Origin: Pavona decussata
Lineage: Eukaryota
NCBI GenBank assembly: GCA_977016875.1
Contig: CDRNST010000027.1
Span: 2,666,001 to 2,730,000, forward strand
Length of the DNA: 64,000 bases
Direction: 5' to 3'
Under the pieces are notes generated by a model. It searched no databases, had not been told where the DNA came from, and saw nothing but the letters and a program-made list of their open reading frames with translations. A program made the translations under genes and the position numbers. Below are positions 40,001-45,800 of this stretch, piece after piece; position 1 is the stretch's first letter, and the number at the start of each line of letters is the position of its first letter.

Positions 40001-41898
40001 GCGGGAGATGCAGACGGCGATCGCTTGTTCGTCCTTCTTCTCTTTATTACTGTGTTTATGCGCTTGCTTTATAATAGAAGGAACCGATTTCATCAAAGGT
40101 TGAGATTGCTATTAGTTAGAGCTAGGAGAAGAAGAGTAGAGGCGTATTTTTTACATTCGCAGAGGAAGATATGCCGCAGAAGGAAAATTGCATGGATTTT
40201 TGAGAGGCCGCAATTCTGGTTCGAACATATGGTTTAAAACCAGTACGCCGATAATATTTGGCGAGAACATTTTCGAATCTCTAGACATACGTTCCAATTC
40301 GTTTACAATTTGGTTGGACCGCATCTCTTACGGCAAGATACAAACATGCAATGCGCGATTCCAGTGGAAAAGCGAGTGGCTGTTGCTTTGTGGCGGCTTG
40401 CAACTGGAAATTCTTATAGGACGAGGGGACTTGTTCTTTTTACGATTTGACAAGCTTATCAGATAAATGACCGCAAGCTCCTTCTCACTGGCGGAAATTA
40501 ATTGCCGAGTCGCTTAAGCTACCTGGTTTGGTGGCTTAAATTTAATGACAATTGCATTGAAGTTTGCCGACTCGCTTAACTTTAAGCGAGTTGGAAAAGC
40601 AACTGTTTTCACGAGATTTCCGGTTGTCACTCGCTAAGCGACTTGAAAAATCGCTCGTGAAAACACACCCATCTGGAACCAGTTGCCATCTGCTGTAAAA
40701 AATGCACCTAATGCATCATCCTTTCGGAGACTTTAAACTAAGTTAAATTTTATCGGCTGTCAATGCAGCAATTGCCTTTGAACCGATTTATTTTTATTTA
40801 TTTATTTTTATAGATGGATGTTATTTTTTTATTTAATTAGTAGCTATTGAAGATATTAGCTTTCTTTTATATTGTCAAACACTTTTATCATGAGCCTGTG
40901 GCTCAGGGGGCTGGGAGACCACCCCCTGTGTATTTGACATTAAATAGATTATGTTATCTTATCTTATCTTCAATGCTACAGATCTTAGCATATCGACAAG
41001 TTCATTGTTCCTGTTAAAACATAGAAGATTCTTGTCAGATTTTTAGATGATAACTTTACAGCCCGTGGATCTTGAAGCACTGATCGAAGGGCTTCAATCG
41101 AGTTATGCATGTACACAGCCAGTTACGTTTAACATAAGCATACACGAATACAGCTTATCATGGTATTAAAGCATCATTGTTAATCGGGCAGTTTGTACAT
41201 GAAGTGAAAGCAAAAATTTTATTCTGGAATGTACATTTTTGTAATGATCCTTAATCCAAACGTACCAAATGGAATTAATTTCAAGACTGAAACCATCTGT
41301 TTGAATTTTTTACCAAACACACACAGTTTTTTTTTCCCATATGCTTCTGAATTGCAGAAAATGTATGGGAAAAAATAAACATCTTTGCGAATAAAATTTA
41401 CCGGAACAACCATGGGCTTTGTTCTACTGCTTCTTCAGACTCATGTGTTACAAAAATTATACATTGGAGCGCAGTTTTTGTTTAAGTTTCCATCCTCACA
41501 CAAAATTTTCCACCATGAACATGATTATAATTACCCATGATGCTCTATAATACTGTGATGGCTTCTTGTCCGACAAATGAGTCGAAAAGAAGCGCTTTTG
41601 AACAACCAGTTCAAGAAAGAAAATCAAACACGGGGTTAAACCAGTCCAACAAAGCGACAAGAGGTCTCACATGATCGGGACAACTACCCTAGCTAAGTTT
41701 AGATGATATAACCAAAGCTCGCATCGCCAGAATTCAAACATTACAACAGGCTTTACGCGCAAGTTTACCCATTTTACAAGGATACTCGTATGACCTGAAC
41801 ACTTCGTTCGTCTCTTTGATGACAAAAACCTCTTCTTCAGGCTTTAGATCTTTCGGAAACGGGCTTGGCTTGTACGATTTCTTCCCCAAAAGCGGCAT
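736..41898 (-). CDS. BAZ1B: BAZ1B/WSTF-like chromatin remodelling factor (WAC-DDT-WHIM1/2/3-PHD-PHD-bromodomain), 36 coding exons, ~1920 aa, complete
   Basis: Manual join, all phases compatible: 41786-41898, 39410-39582, 38250-38349, 35009-35069, 34281-34358, 33100-33176, 32215-32314, 30472-30537, 28772-29566, 27924-28078, 25428-25592, 24904-24963, 24573-24603, 24292-24463, 23790-23893, 22356-22547, 21246-21334, 20589-20706, 19040-19070, 17388-17613, 15713-15743, 14012-14364, 13728-13880, 12767-12833, 11533-11643, 11216-11416, 10884-11027, 9840-9917, 8276-8448, 7543-7607, 6756-7343, 5820-6270, 3898-3997, 3304-3387, 1506-1649, 736-849 (5763 nt). Peptides SPSSDKENS, KMKQMTLLD, PIGYDRNHARYW and SRLHLLLGILD..IWDLSAENA favour BAZ1B over BAZ1A (recalled human sequence). 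Confidence 0.92.
1506..1649 (-). CDS. BAZ1B: BAZ1B exon 35 (bromodomain core)
   Basis: VPDYMELVKSPMDLGTIRDKL...FVADVRLVFCNSDQYNL; AG/GT borders. Confidence 0.95.
1790..2617. mobile_element. TIR element interrupted by a LINE 3' fragment; related copies at ~15779-16025 and ~54827-55055
   Basis: Ends atagagatttagaataacgtatacggcaaa / tttgccgtaaacgcgattctgaacctctat. Confidence 0.6.
1829..2400 (-). mobile_element. L2/CR1-group LINE 3' end
   Basis: Minus frame VHSYKTR...NAFSRVGVKIWNGIPATLKK..KSFKESLK (ORF2 C-terminal pattern), then 3'UTR ending AATAAA-(TTG)n. Confidence 0.7.
3304..3387 (-). CDS. BAZ1B: BAZ1B exon 34 (bromodomain Z helix, WPF)
   Basis: MDACEQILRDLILHEDSWPFTQAVNLRE. Confidence 0.93.
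3898..3997 (-). CDS. BAZ1B: BAZ1B exon 33
   Basis: SITKDRNTETRNVIRAEVSQEDKKEKRRRVNVE; phase 2 in, phase 0 out, gtaagt donor. Confidence 0.82.
4290..4640. mobile_element. GATC-rich PIF/Harbinger-type MITE plus an inverted partial duplicate, nested in another TIR element (~4086-4800)
   Basis: TIR AGGCTGGTTTCCATATGATCGC; right ends at 4503 and 4640, each followed by TTA; TTA on the left. Confidence 0.8.
5297..5400 (+). mobile_element. 5'-truncated copy of the same SINE, inverted relative to 5410-5644
   Basis: gttggttctcgtccctgctccg...ccgggtactccggttttccc...atttccaaattccaattcga. Confidence 0.75.
5410..5644 (-). mobile_element. tRNA-derived SINE (full head)
   Basis: A box TGGCGTAGTGG and B box GGTTCGATTCC, then body with CCGGGTTCTCCGGTTTTCCTCCC (V-domain-like). 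Confidence 0.8.
5820..6270 (-). CDS. BAZ1B: BAZ1B exon 32 (R/S/acidic low-complexity linker)
   Basis: Within ORF 5816-6454; cag acceptor and AG|gtaagg donor. Confidence 0.88.
6756..7343 (-). CDS. BAZ1B: BAZ1B exon 31 (R/S-rich, D8E8 acidic tract)
   Basis: In frame with ORF 6718-7182; G|gtaagg donor. Confidence 0.88.
7408..7475. repeat. (TCAA)n microsatellite
   Basis: Direct reading. Confidence 0.95.
7543..7607 (-). CDS. BAZ1B: BAZ1B exon 30 (end of PHD2)
   Basis: GAWSCWQCRQPKDKK supplies the final WxCxxC of PHD2. Confidence 0.9.
8276..8448 (-). CDS. BAZ1B: BAZ1B exon 29 (second PHD finger)
   Basis: HEDYCHTCGEDGDLICCDSCPLVFHTVCHQPPLRNIPR. Confidence 0.93.
8677..8878 (+). mobile_element. 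TSD-flanked retroposon-like insert with internal tRNA-Thr(AGT)-like cassette
   Basis: 13-bp direct repeat CAAACTGTAACCA (8664-8676, 8879-8891); A box TAGCTCAGTGG, loop CTAGTAA, B box GGTTCGACTCC, then a T-run. Confidence 0.75.
9692..9812. repeat. (GACT/GACC)n microsatellite
   Basis: Direct reading. Confidence 0.95.
9840..9917 (-). CDS. BAZ1B: BAZ1B exon 28
   Basis: PNERLSNRTSIKNYKEGSSSEDQDEE; phase 0/0. Confidence 0.78.
10480..10860 (-). mobile_element. RTE-like LINE 3' end with (GAT/GGT)n microsatellite tail
   Basis: RPVKRW...WAEAATTEADRRAWK followed directly by ~200 bp of ATG/GTG repeats. Confidence 0.5.
10884..11027 (-). CDS. BAZ1B: BAZ1B exon 27 (first PHD finger)
   Basis: KCKICRIKGISKTLLILCDDCNLGYHLQCLRPALSEVPAGHWSCPVCK (C4HC3). 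Confidence 0.95.
11216..11416 (-). CDS. BAZ1B: BAZ1B exon 26
   Basis: WLEEVKKAATASRLHLLLGILDSTVIWDLSAENA, pre-PHD block typical of BAZ1. Confidence 0.93.
11533..11643 (-). CDS. BAZ1B: BAZ1B exon 25
   Basis: ELKDVAERLVHGNLAILGDGLEEYQEAVDNSSSVGDL. Confidence 0.88.
12767..12833 (-). CDS. BAZ1B: BAZ1B exon 24
   Basis: NSYRKPAKLETAEEGLLNSMKE; phase 2/0. Confidence 0.8.
13728..13880 (-). CDS. BAZ1B: BAZ1B exon 23 (WHIM3)
   Basis: WSCYDTVEEVQLLLECLSHQGIRESALRKAL. Confidence 0.92.
14012..14364 (-). CDS. BAZ1B: BAZ1B exon 22 (WHIM2/WSD)
   Basis: RLEPIGYDRNHARYWVFNGIAVGVYVEQGW. Confidence 0.92.
14405..14789. mobile_element. MITE, copy 1
   Basis: TIR-like taaacagggacc.cactataaaagg / ccttttatagtgcaggtccgcgttta; aligns in reverse with 59063-59479. 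Confidence 0.75.
15047..15510. mobile_element. MITE nested in a SINE (~14840-15560)
   Basis: 16-bp TIR AGGGGGTGTTTACATG; host sequence (gggtaaccctgtgatggactagcatcccatccaggg...gcttcatgcta) resumes after it. Confidence 0.78.
15713..15743 (-). CDS. BAZ1B: BAZ1B exon 21 (31-nt microexon)
   Basis: ttttag|G LEKEEKEQWN|gtaagt. Confidence 0.78.
16290..17270. mobile_element. Non-autonomous Tc1/mariner-type element with ~80-bp TIRs
   Basis: TA|CAGTCGAACCAGGTCAAGCGTACCCCCCTAGA...TCTAGGGGGGTACGCTTGACCTGGTTCGTCTG|TA. Confidence 0.85.
17388..17613 (-). CDS. BAZ1B: BAZ1B exon 20 (GC donor)
   Basis: GETESSHTN...KEERKLKEEKDR; phase-2 donor CAG|GCAAG. Confidence 0.8.
17686..17888. other. Assembly gap (203 N)
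   Basis: Run of n in BAZ1B intron 19; flanking exon phases join without needing a hidden exon. Confidence 0.99.
19040..19070 (-). CDS. BAZ1B: BAZ1B exon 19 (31-nt microexon)
   Basis: ttttcag|QLTMDDLNKK G|gtac; bridges phase 0 to phase 1. Confidence 0.72.
19248..19367. repeat. Three imperfect ~40-bp tandem units (gtggttaaaataaaacag.ttttggtggttatta)
   Basis: Direct reading. Confidence 0.8.
20360..20558 (+). mobile_element. TSD-flanked repeat with internal tRNA-like cloverleaf (20406-20478); pseudo-tRNA, different family from 8677
   Basis: Acceptor stem GGCTTGA/TCAAGCC, D arm GCTC/GAGC, T arm ATGGG/CCCAT with TTTGAAT loop; flanking 14-bp repeat TTTACTC(G/A)TTCTGA. Confidence 0.7.
20589..20706 (-). 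CDS. BAZ1B: BAZ1B exon 18 (K/E coiled coil)
   Basis: KEKMAKLKEKKDQQKEENERLKREKEELQKQKEDEESKK. Confidence 0.85.
21246..21334 (-). CDS. BAZ1B: BAZ1B exon 17 (WHIM1 C-part)
   Basis: ILVTLCHEVLSSDAFDDYM. Confidence 0.9.
22062..22095. repeat. (ATC)n microsatellite
   Basis: Direct reading. Confidence 0.9.
22356..22547 (-). CDS. BAZ1B: BAZ1B exon 16 (post-DDT, WHIM1 N-part)
   Basis: GMQLSEMPLTQQTASEVSRLYL...ELYSLTADEKIK. Confidence 0.92.
23790..23893 (-). CDS. BAZ1B: BAZ1B exon 15 (DDT C-part)
   Basis: LSEALVAGVKGFALVSRILVIFLQILLQD. Confidence 0.92.
24292..24463 (-). CDS. BAZ1B: BAZ1B exon 14 (DDT N-part)
   Basis: EDHELLDLKPLP...FSDVAMIAEFVHTFRDLL. Confidence 0.93.
24573..24603 (-). CDS. BAZ1B: BAZ1B exon 13 (31-nt microexon)
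   Basis: ttttag|G QLNGKLVAKK|gtgagt. Confidence 0.8.
24904..24963 (-). CDS. BAZ1B: BAZ1B exon 12
   Basis: (W)KTMSAEEKAKNRLERIKLQR. Confidence 0.85.
25428..25592 (-). CDS. BAZ1B: BAZ1B exon 11
   Basis: FSAASQKDKPSALNALIRETVK...HQERIKW. Confidence 0.85.
26209..26500. mobile_element. PIF/Harbinger-type MITE
   Basis: AGGCCTGATTTACATGGTACGAC / GTCGTACCATGTAAATTGGCCT; TGA/TAA flanks. Confidence 0.75.
27924..28078 (-). CDS. BAZ1B: BAZ1B exon 10
   Basis: Contains KMKQMTLLD and KQKTLSEM. Confidence 0.88.
28772..29566 (-). CDS. BAZ1B: BAZ1B exon 9 (large K/S/T/P-rich exon)
   Basis: 795-nt open exon containing ORF 28760-29365; ttcag acceptor, AAG|gtaaaa donor. Confidence 0.9.
30472..30537 (-). CDS. 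BAZ1B: BAZ1B exon 8
   Basis: TELARKYSLTDKLKDFTLIFNK. Confidence 0.88.
31301..32080. mobile_element. CpG-rich non-autonomous element with many CGACCGAT(A)/TATCGGTCG-like subterminal motifs
   Basis: Dense TCGA/CCGA motifs in a CpG-poor intron; imperfect terminal repeats. Confidence 0.55.
32215..32314 (-). CDS. BAZ1B: BAZ1B exon 7
   Basis: RLKKLPSVELLKCFIRANTENPWSNDNSPWLVK. Confidence 0.9.
33100..33176 (-). CDS. BAZ1B: BAZ1B exon 6
   Basis: NSGLQYDLTFESIPDGLKGILAGDIK. Confidence 0.82.
33461..33543. repeat. Perfect palindrome, 41-bp arms with 1-nt spacer
   Basis: TAATCCTGCTGGTATATGTTAAATCAAACTGCTGATCTAAT t ATTAGATCAGCAGTTTGATTTAACATATACCAGCAGGATTA. Confidence 0.95.
34281..34358 (-). CDS. BAZ1B: BAZ1B exon 5
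   Basis: ISSTSISPSSDKENSIVEKPQSLIEK. Confidence 0.85.
35009..35069 (-). CDS. BAZ1B: BAZ1B exon 4
   Basis: (W)HKGKISRVHHESIASSDSNN|gtgagt. Confidence 0.8.
35388..36640. mobile_element. TIR element with internal CCGTTCA(G/A)A minisatellite (~35785-36155)
   Basis: tagat..gcaggggtattgcagaacgcc / ggcattctacaaaatacccctgc..atcta; ~20-nt periodic ccgttc motifs. Confidence 0.6.
36591..38222 (+). repeat. Near-identical tandem duplication, period 817 bp (36591-37405, 37408-38222)
   Basis: Paired ORFs offset by exactly 817; only two substitutions seen by eye. Confidence 0.95.
38250..38349 (-). CDS. BAZ1B: BAZ1B exon 3 (WAC C-part)
   Basis: SSGLQTLAQQCYKLLENEYFENEPVECCVSGQW. Confidence 0.9.
38530..38820 (-). 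mobile_element. Decayed tRNA-derived SINE (same family as ~14840-15560, ~25650-25775, ~34420-34560, ~51815-52310)
   Basis: Shared core catgaagcaac.aggagt...tactccccctggatgggat.ctagtcca; head gtagtggttagcac. Confidence 0.65.
39410..39582 (-). CDS. BAZ1B: BAZ1B exon 2 (WAC domain)
   Basis: EYVNRIILYGFQVWSCQLTGKTNLKYAEAVACE...FPKYFEKPILQIVHH. Confidence 0.93.
39583..41785 (-). other. U12-type (minor spliceosome) GT-AG intron 1 of BAZ1B
   Basis: 5' site GTATCCTT (41785-41778); branch-like TTCTTGAC (39599-39592) 10 nt from AG; no pyrimidine tract between branch and AG. Confidence 0.88.
39831..40670 (+). mobile_element. Internally deleted PIF/Harbinger transposon with transposase remnant
   Basis: 16-bp TIR GGGTGTGTTTTCACGA; 3-bp TSD ATC; reading frame ...WFEHMV*NQYADNIWREHFRISRHTF...AIPVEKRVAVALWRLATGNSYRT (Harbinger transposase N-terminal HTH region) with an in-frame TAA at 40235-40237. 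Confidence 0.9.
41786..41898 (-). CDS. BAZ1B: BAZ1B exon 1 (start codon, WAC N-part)
   Basis: MPLLGKKSYKPSPFPKDLKPEEEVFVIKETNEVFRSY, followed by GTATCCTT donor. Confidence 0.93.
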
Positions 41899-42563
41899 CT
41901 TGGAAGAGATGTTGCCTTCATCGATACGAGCGGGAAACTTTGAAATCGGCGGGAAATCAACTAAAGGCGTTCTGTGGATTGCGGGCTCGAGTATTGTCAA
42001 TCGATTGTTTCAGCCGGTGTGTGCAACGACACGTTAGGCTTGAAAAATTCCAGATTATAGGGGATTCTAATCGTACGATTAAATCAAAATTAACAATTTA
42101 GGCTACTCAGCCTGTCTGAAGTCAGCTTTTCATTTATTTATCGTAAAAATCGCGATGATTTCCAGTTTTAGCTACGTTTTTTTTGAGTGAGTGAATATTG
42201 GGAGTCTGGCACTAGTCAAAGTTAATTTTCGCTTTTTGTTTTGTGCTCGAGTGAATAAGAAACCGTTTTATCAGTTTGCGCCGTCGAAATGGTGACAAAT
42301 GTTGTTATAATGGAGTAAGGCGGCTGTTTGCTCGCTTGAAATTTGAAAACTTTTTCTTTGAAGCGTGGTTTTGAGATTTTCTTGCTACTGAGTCGGCGCG
42401 CGGTCTTTGTTCAGTGACTGCGCATCAACAATGCGGTGAGGGAAATTGGCATGGTTTAGTTTGGTTTTCATACTCGTCTTTGTGAAGAAACTTGCCAACC
42501 AGTGCCTTTTTTAACGAATCATTGGACAGCTTCGGAGCTTAGCCAAGGGCTTCAAAGCTCAGA
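41899..42563. promoter_or_regulatory. Shared bidirectional promoter/5'UTRs of BAZ1B and KIAA2026-like genes, with E2F and CHR-like motifs
   Basis: 665 bp between divergent ATGs; CpG-rich; GCGGGAAA 41930-41937, TTTGAA 41939-41944, GGCGGGAAA 41948-41956. Confidence 0.75.
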
Positions 42564-42894
42564 ATGGAAAGTTCTGCGATGGAGACGGACGAAGTTGTGG
42601 TTGAAAATCCAGTCGAGCCAGAAGTTGCAAAGCCGGACGAAATCGCGCCGGTTGAAGTTGGCGAAACTCGTGCTCAAACGCCGGAAGTAGAAAAATCGCC
42701 GGATCAACAAGTGAACCCGCTCGATGTTACGAAGCTTACTTACGAAGTTCAGCAGGGATACCGTGTCTTTGTGGAACTGTCGGCCGATGCTTACAAAAAT
42801 GTGACTTGGCCATTTTTAGAGCCAGTGGACGCCGAAGCACTTGGTTTATGGGACTATCACGAAAGAATCAAGGAACCCATGAGTTTTCATCAGA
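42564..42894 (+). CDS. BRD10: BRD10-like exon 1 (bromodomain N-half)
   Basis: TWPFLEPVDAEALGLWDYHERIKEPM; A|gttagt donor. Confidence 0.92.
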
Positions 42895-45800
42895 GTTAGT
42901 GAAGCTTTTAATTAAATTATCTATTATTAAACTTTCTTTTAAATTAGCTGCTTTGAATTCGCCATTTCAAAGCTTAAATTTTTCGACGTATTCCCGATAA
43001 GTGGTTTTGACCTTTACAATGCGACTACGTGCACCTATAAATTCGGAACTTTAACAAATCTTGGTTTTGACATCTAAGGCAAGCTTATGTACTAAATACG
43101 CTTGCTTAGATCTTTTTTCGTGTCACCGCTCTTTTAACAAATTTTCACATTTTCGGTTATGTAAGTTTTCTCTTCACATAGTTCCGTCAATAAGAGTTGC
43201 TTTCATTTCCCCGCAAAAAACCCCAAAAACCAAACATGGTATTTTTTAAAAGATATAACTTGTATGTCATGTCAGCGAGTTTTTTAGACTTCCCTGCGGC
43301 CTTCGTGGAAGTAGTTTGTTCTGTTGATAAAAGTGTATTTCCCTATTTTTTGCTTTGATACCTCTTTCTATCTGGAAAATTTTGAATTTCATGTAAGGAT
43401 ATTGGATTTGTAAGAATATCATTTTGACTAAATGAGTCAAAGCTGCATCAGTAAGTCTGCTTCTTATGAATTTTTTTTCCTGAAATACACATAAAGTAAC
43501 AAGGGAATCCCCATAAACAATTTGATTATTTTTACCATACTTACTGATTTGAAAAGGGGACAGGTTGGGGTTTTTTTTTATTATTTGAATTAACTCTAAT
43601 TAGACAGTTTTCTTAAAATTGGCATTTTTCTAACATCTTTAATCTGGTAAATAATAACAAAATTTCCCCTAAATCATTTGAAACAAGCAAGACCAGGGAG
43701 AAGAACTTGACCATATACATGTATAATACATGAGTCTGGAATTTGAATTTGCGAGACACGCTGTAATGTTGAAACTGATTCCTTACATATCATTGACATG
43801 GTTTACAGCGTATACAGGTGTAAGACAGAAATTTTTATTTGCTTGGTTTCTTCTCGCATGAAAATCTAAACAAAAAAAGTCCTATTAAGTTTTCTTTGTC
43901 AGGTTGTTGATGTATAAAAAAGTGAAATTTTACCTCCTGTTGGGATACAATACTGCACAGGAAGGGAAACCGGGGATAGGATCACTAGTTTCACATTTTC
44001 TCTGTTCCTCAGTTGTTTTTCATGTGCGGATCAGGAAGAAAGTTGTGTGGACGAAATTATGACTTGGAATGTTGAATGCTCACAGCTAAACAACTGAGGA
44101 ATAGAGAAATCATGAAAGTAGTGATCCTGTATTAATGTCACAGCTATCTCCAGTCTCCCATCTCAAATGTATGTGAGAAAAATTTTGCCATATCCACTTA
44201 AGCAGTGTTCCAGATAAGCTCAAAAACTGGCTTCCTGACTGGTAAACTTGAGAAGATTTAGAGAGAACCAGAGTATATTATTGACCCCTCAAAATTCTTC
44301 ATTGACTCCCTGAATTTGAAAGTTATCTGGAACACTGCTTAAGACAGTTCACATGCAGATGAACTGTGTATTTCATCTTTCAAGCTTTCTATTTCAGGCC
44401 TTACTATCACTGATTTTACTTTGAGCACCTGTGTACCACATTGTCCGCTCATCAGTGCTCAGTTCTCAGTTCCTTACCAAGTTTTTTTTTGTTTTCTTTC
44501 ATGTTGCCCTAGCGATTGCAACGTTCATAAAATTCCTTGTGATATATTGTTTTCATTTTTCTAATGAAATTTTCTTGCTTGCTCTTTTTGTGGTTGTTTT
44601 CTCTAGTCTGTTTAGGTACATAACACTAAATAATATTTGTTATGCTTTTTCTTTTCAGTTGGTTGTAAATTTAACAACTACAAGTACAACAGCATTACGG
44701 AAGTCATCGCAGACATCCGTCTTATTCTTGAAAATTGTTATCGCTATAATGGATCAAGCCACTGGATCTCCAAACTTGGCCACAAAATGGAGAAAATATT
44801 GGAGCAGAAGCTAGCTTTGTTGAACAGGTAAATTTCAGATACAAACATATTAAATACATTCAACGTACTTCTCTCTTCTCAGTAGTCTTCACAGCGGACC
44901 TCCTAAACTTGGTAATCTTTTAACCAGAAAGGTCATATTTTGATGATAAAAGGCAACTTGTAAACATACTGGTCATAGGGTCACTTACTGTACATTATGC
45001 TTATCTGTGATCAGACCCAATTTCATTGTCACTCAAATGTTCTCTGGTGTCGATAGTTTGCTACATGTAAAATTTGGCTCCAAGTTGAAGTCTCACAAAA
45101 ACCTATCCGTCTTGTCCAGTGAAAGTTTGGCTGGTTGAACTCACAATGTCATAATTTGGAAATAAGGTCTGTAGTTCTAAAAGCTTTTGACTGGTTCACA
45201 AACTTTGCATTTACATGCACTAGTACTGGGGAAAAGCTCAAGAAAGCTAGACGTTCTCAATATTGGTAGAGCTCAGCGATAAATAATTATTGTTTGTTAG
45301 TCTTATCCCCTAAATGCAAGCTTTTGATTGTTTTATAGGTCCCTCAGAGACAAAGTGAGTCTAGAGGCAACCATGGCACTAAAGAGTGACTTCATATCAG
45401 CAGTCATTACAGGGGAGGGTAAGCCATAAACAATATGTATTACAACAACAACAGCAGAGGGCCAAGTCATATCATCTTAATTTAAGGAGGTTCACAGCAG
45501 TTTTCCTGGACTTGGGTGAAAGTTTTGAAATTACAATCCCTCATAGAAGATAAACTCGGATCTCCTTCATACTACATCATCATTTCAACAAAAGGTCAAA
45601 GTTAATTTTTTTTCATCGGTTTCCAAGCAACAACTGTTATCATAGCAATGGTAGTGCATACTGTAACCTCTCATTTTAAACATTGTTGAAATTTAGTCTG
45701 ACACTTTATGACAAACTAGACAACTTGCAGGTGAAATTAGAAAAAAATTCTGTAAGAGCGTTTTCAAGTAAATGATGAATCAATTTTTATGAGGTGATTT

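Noticed and set aside
736-41898. Assignment as BAZ1A/ACF1, and a claim of tyrosine-kinase activity
   Set aside because: Exon 1 and the double PHD are ACF1-like, but several diagnostic peptides match WSTF. I could not locate an equivalent of the WSTF catalytic Cys by eye, so kinase activity is not claimed.
41734-42000. 88-aa ORF as the true N-terminus
   Set aside because: It opens at a non-ATG codon; the family N-terminus MPLL starts at 41898, and the part beyond 41786 is intron
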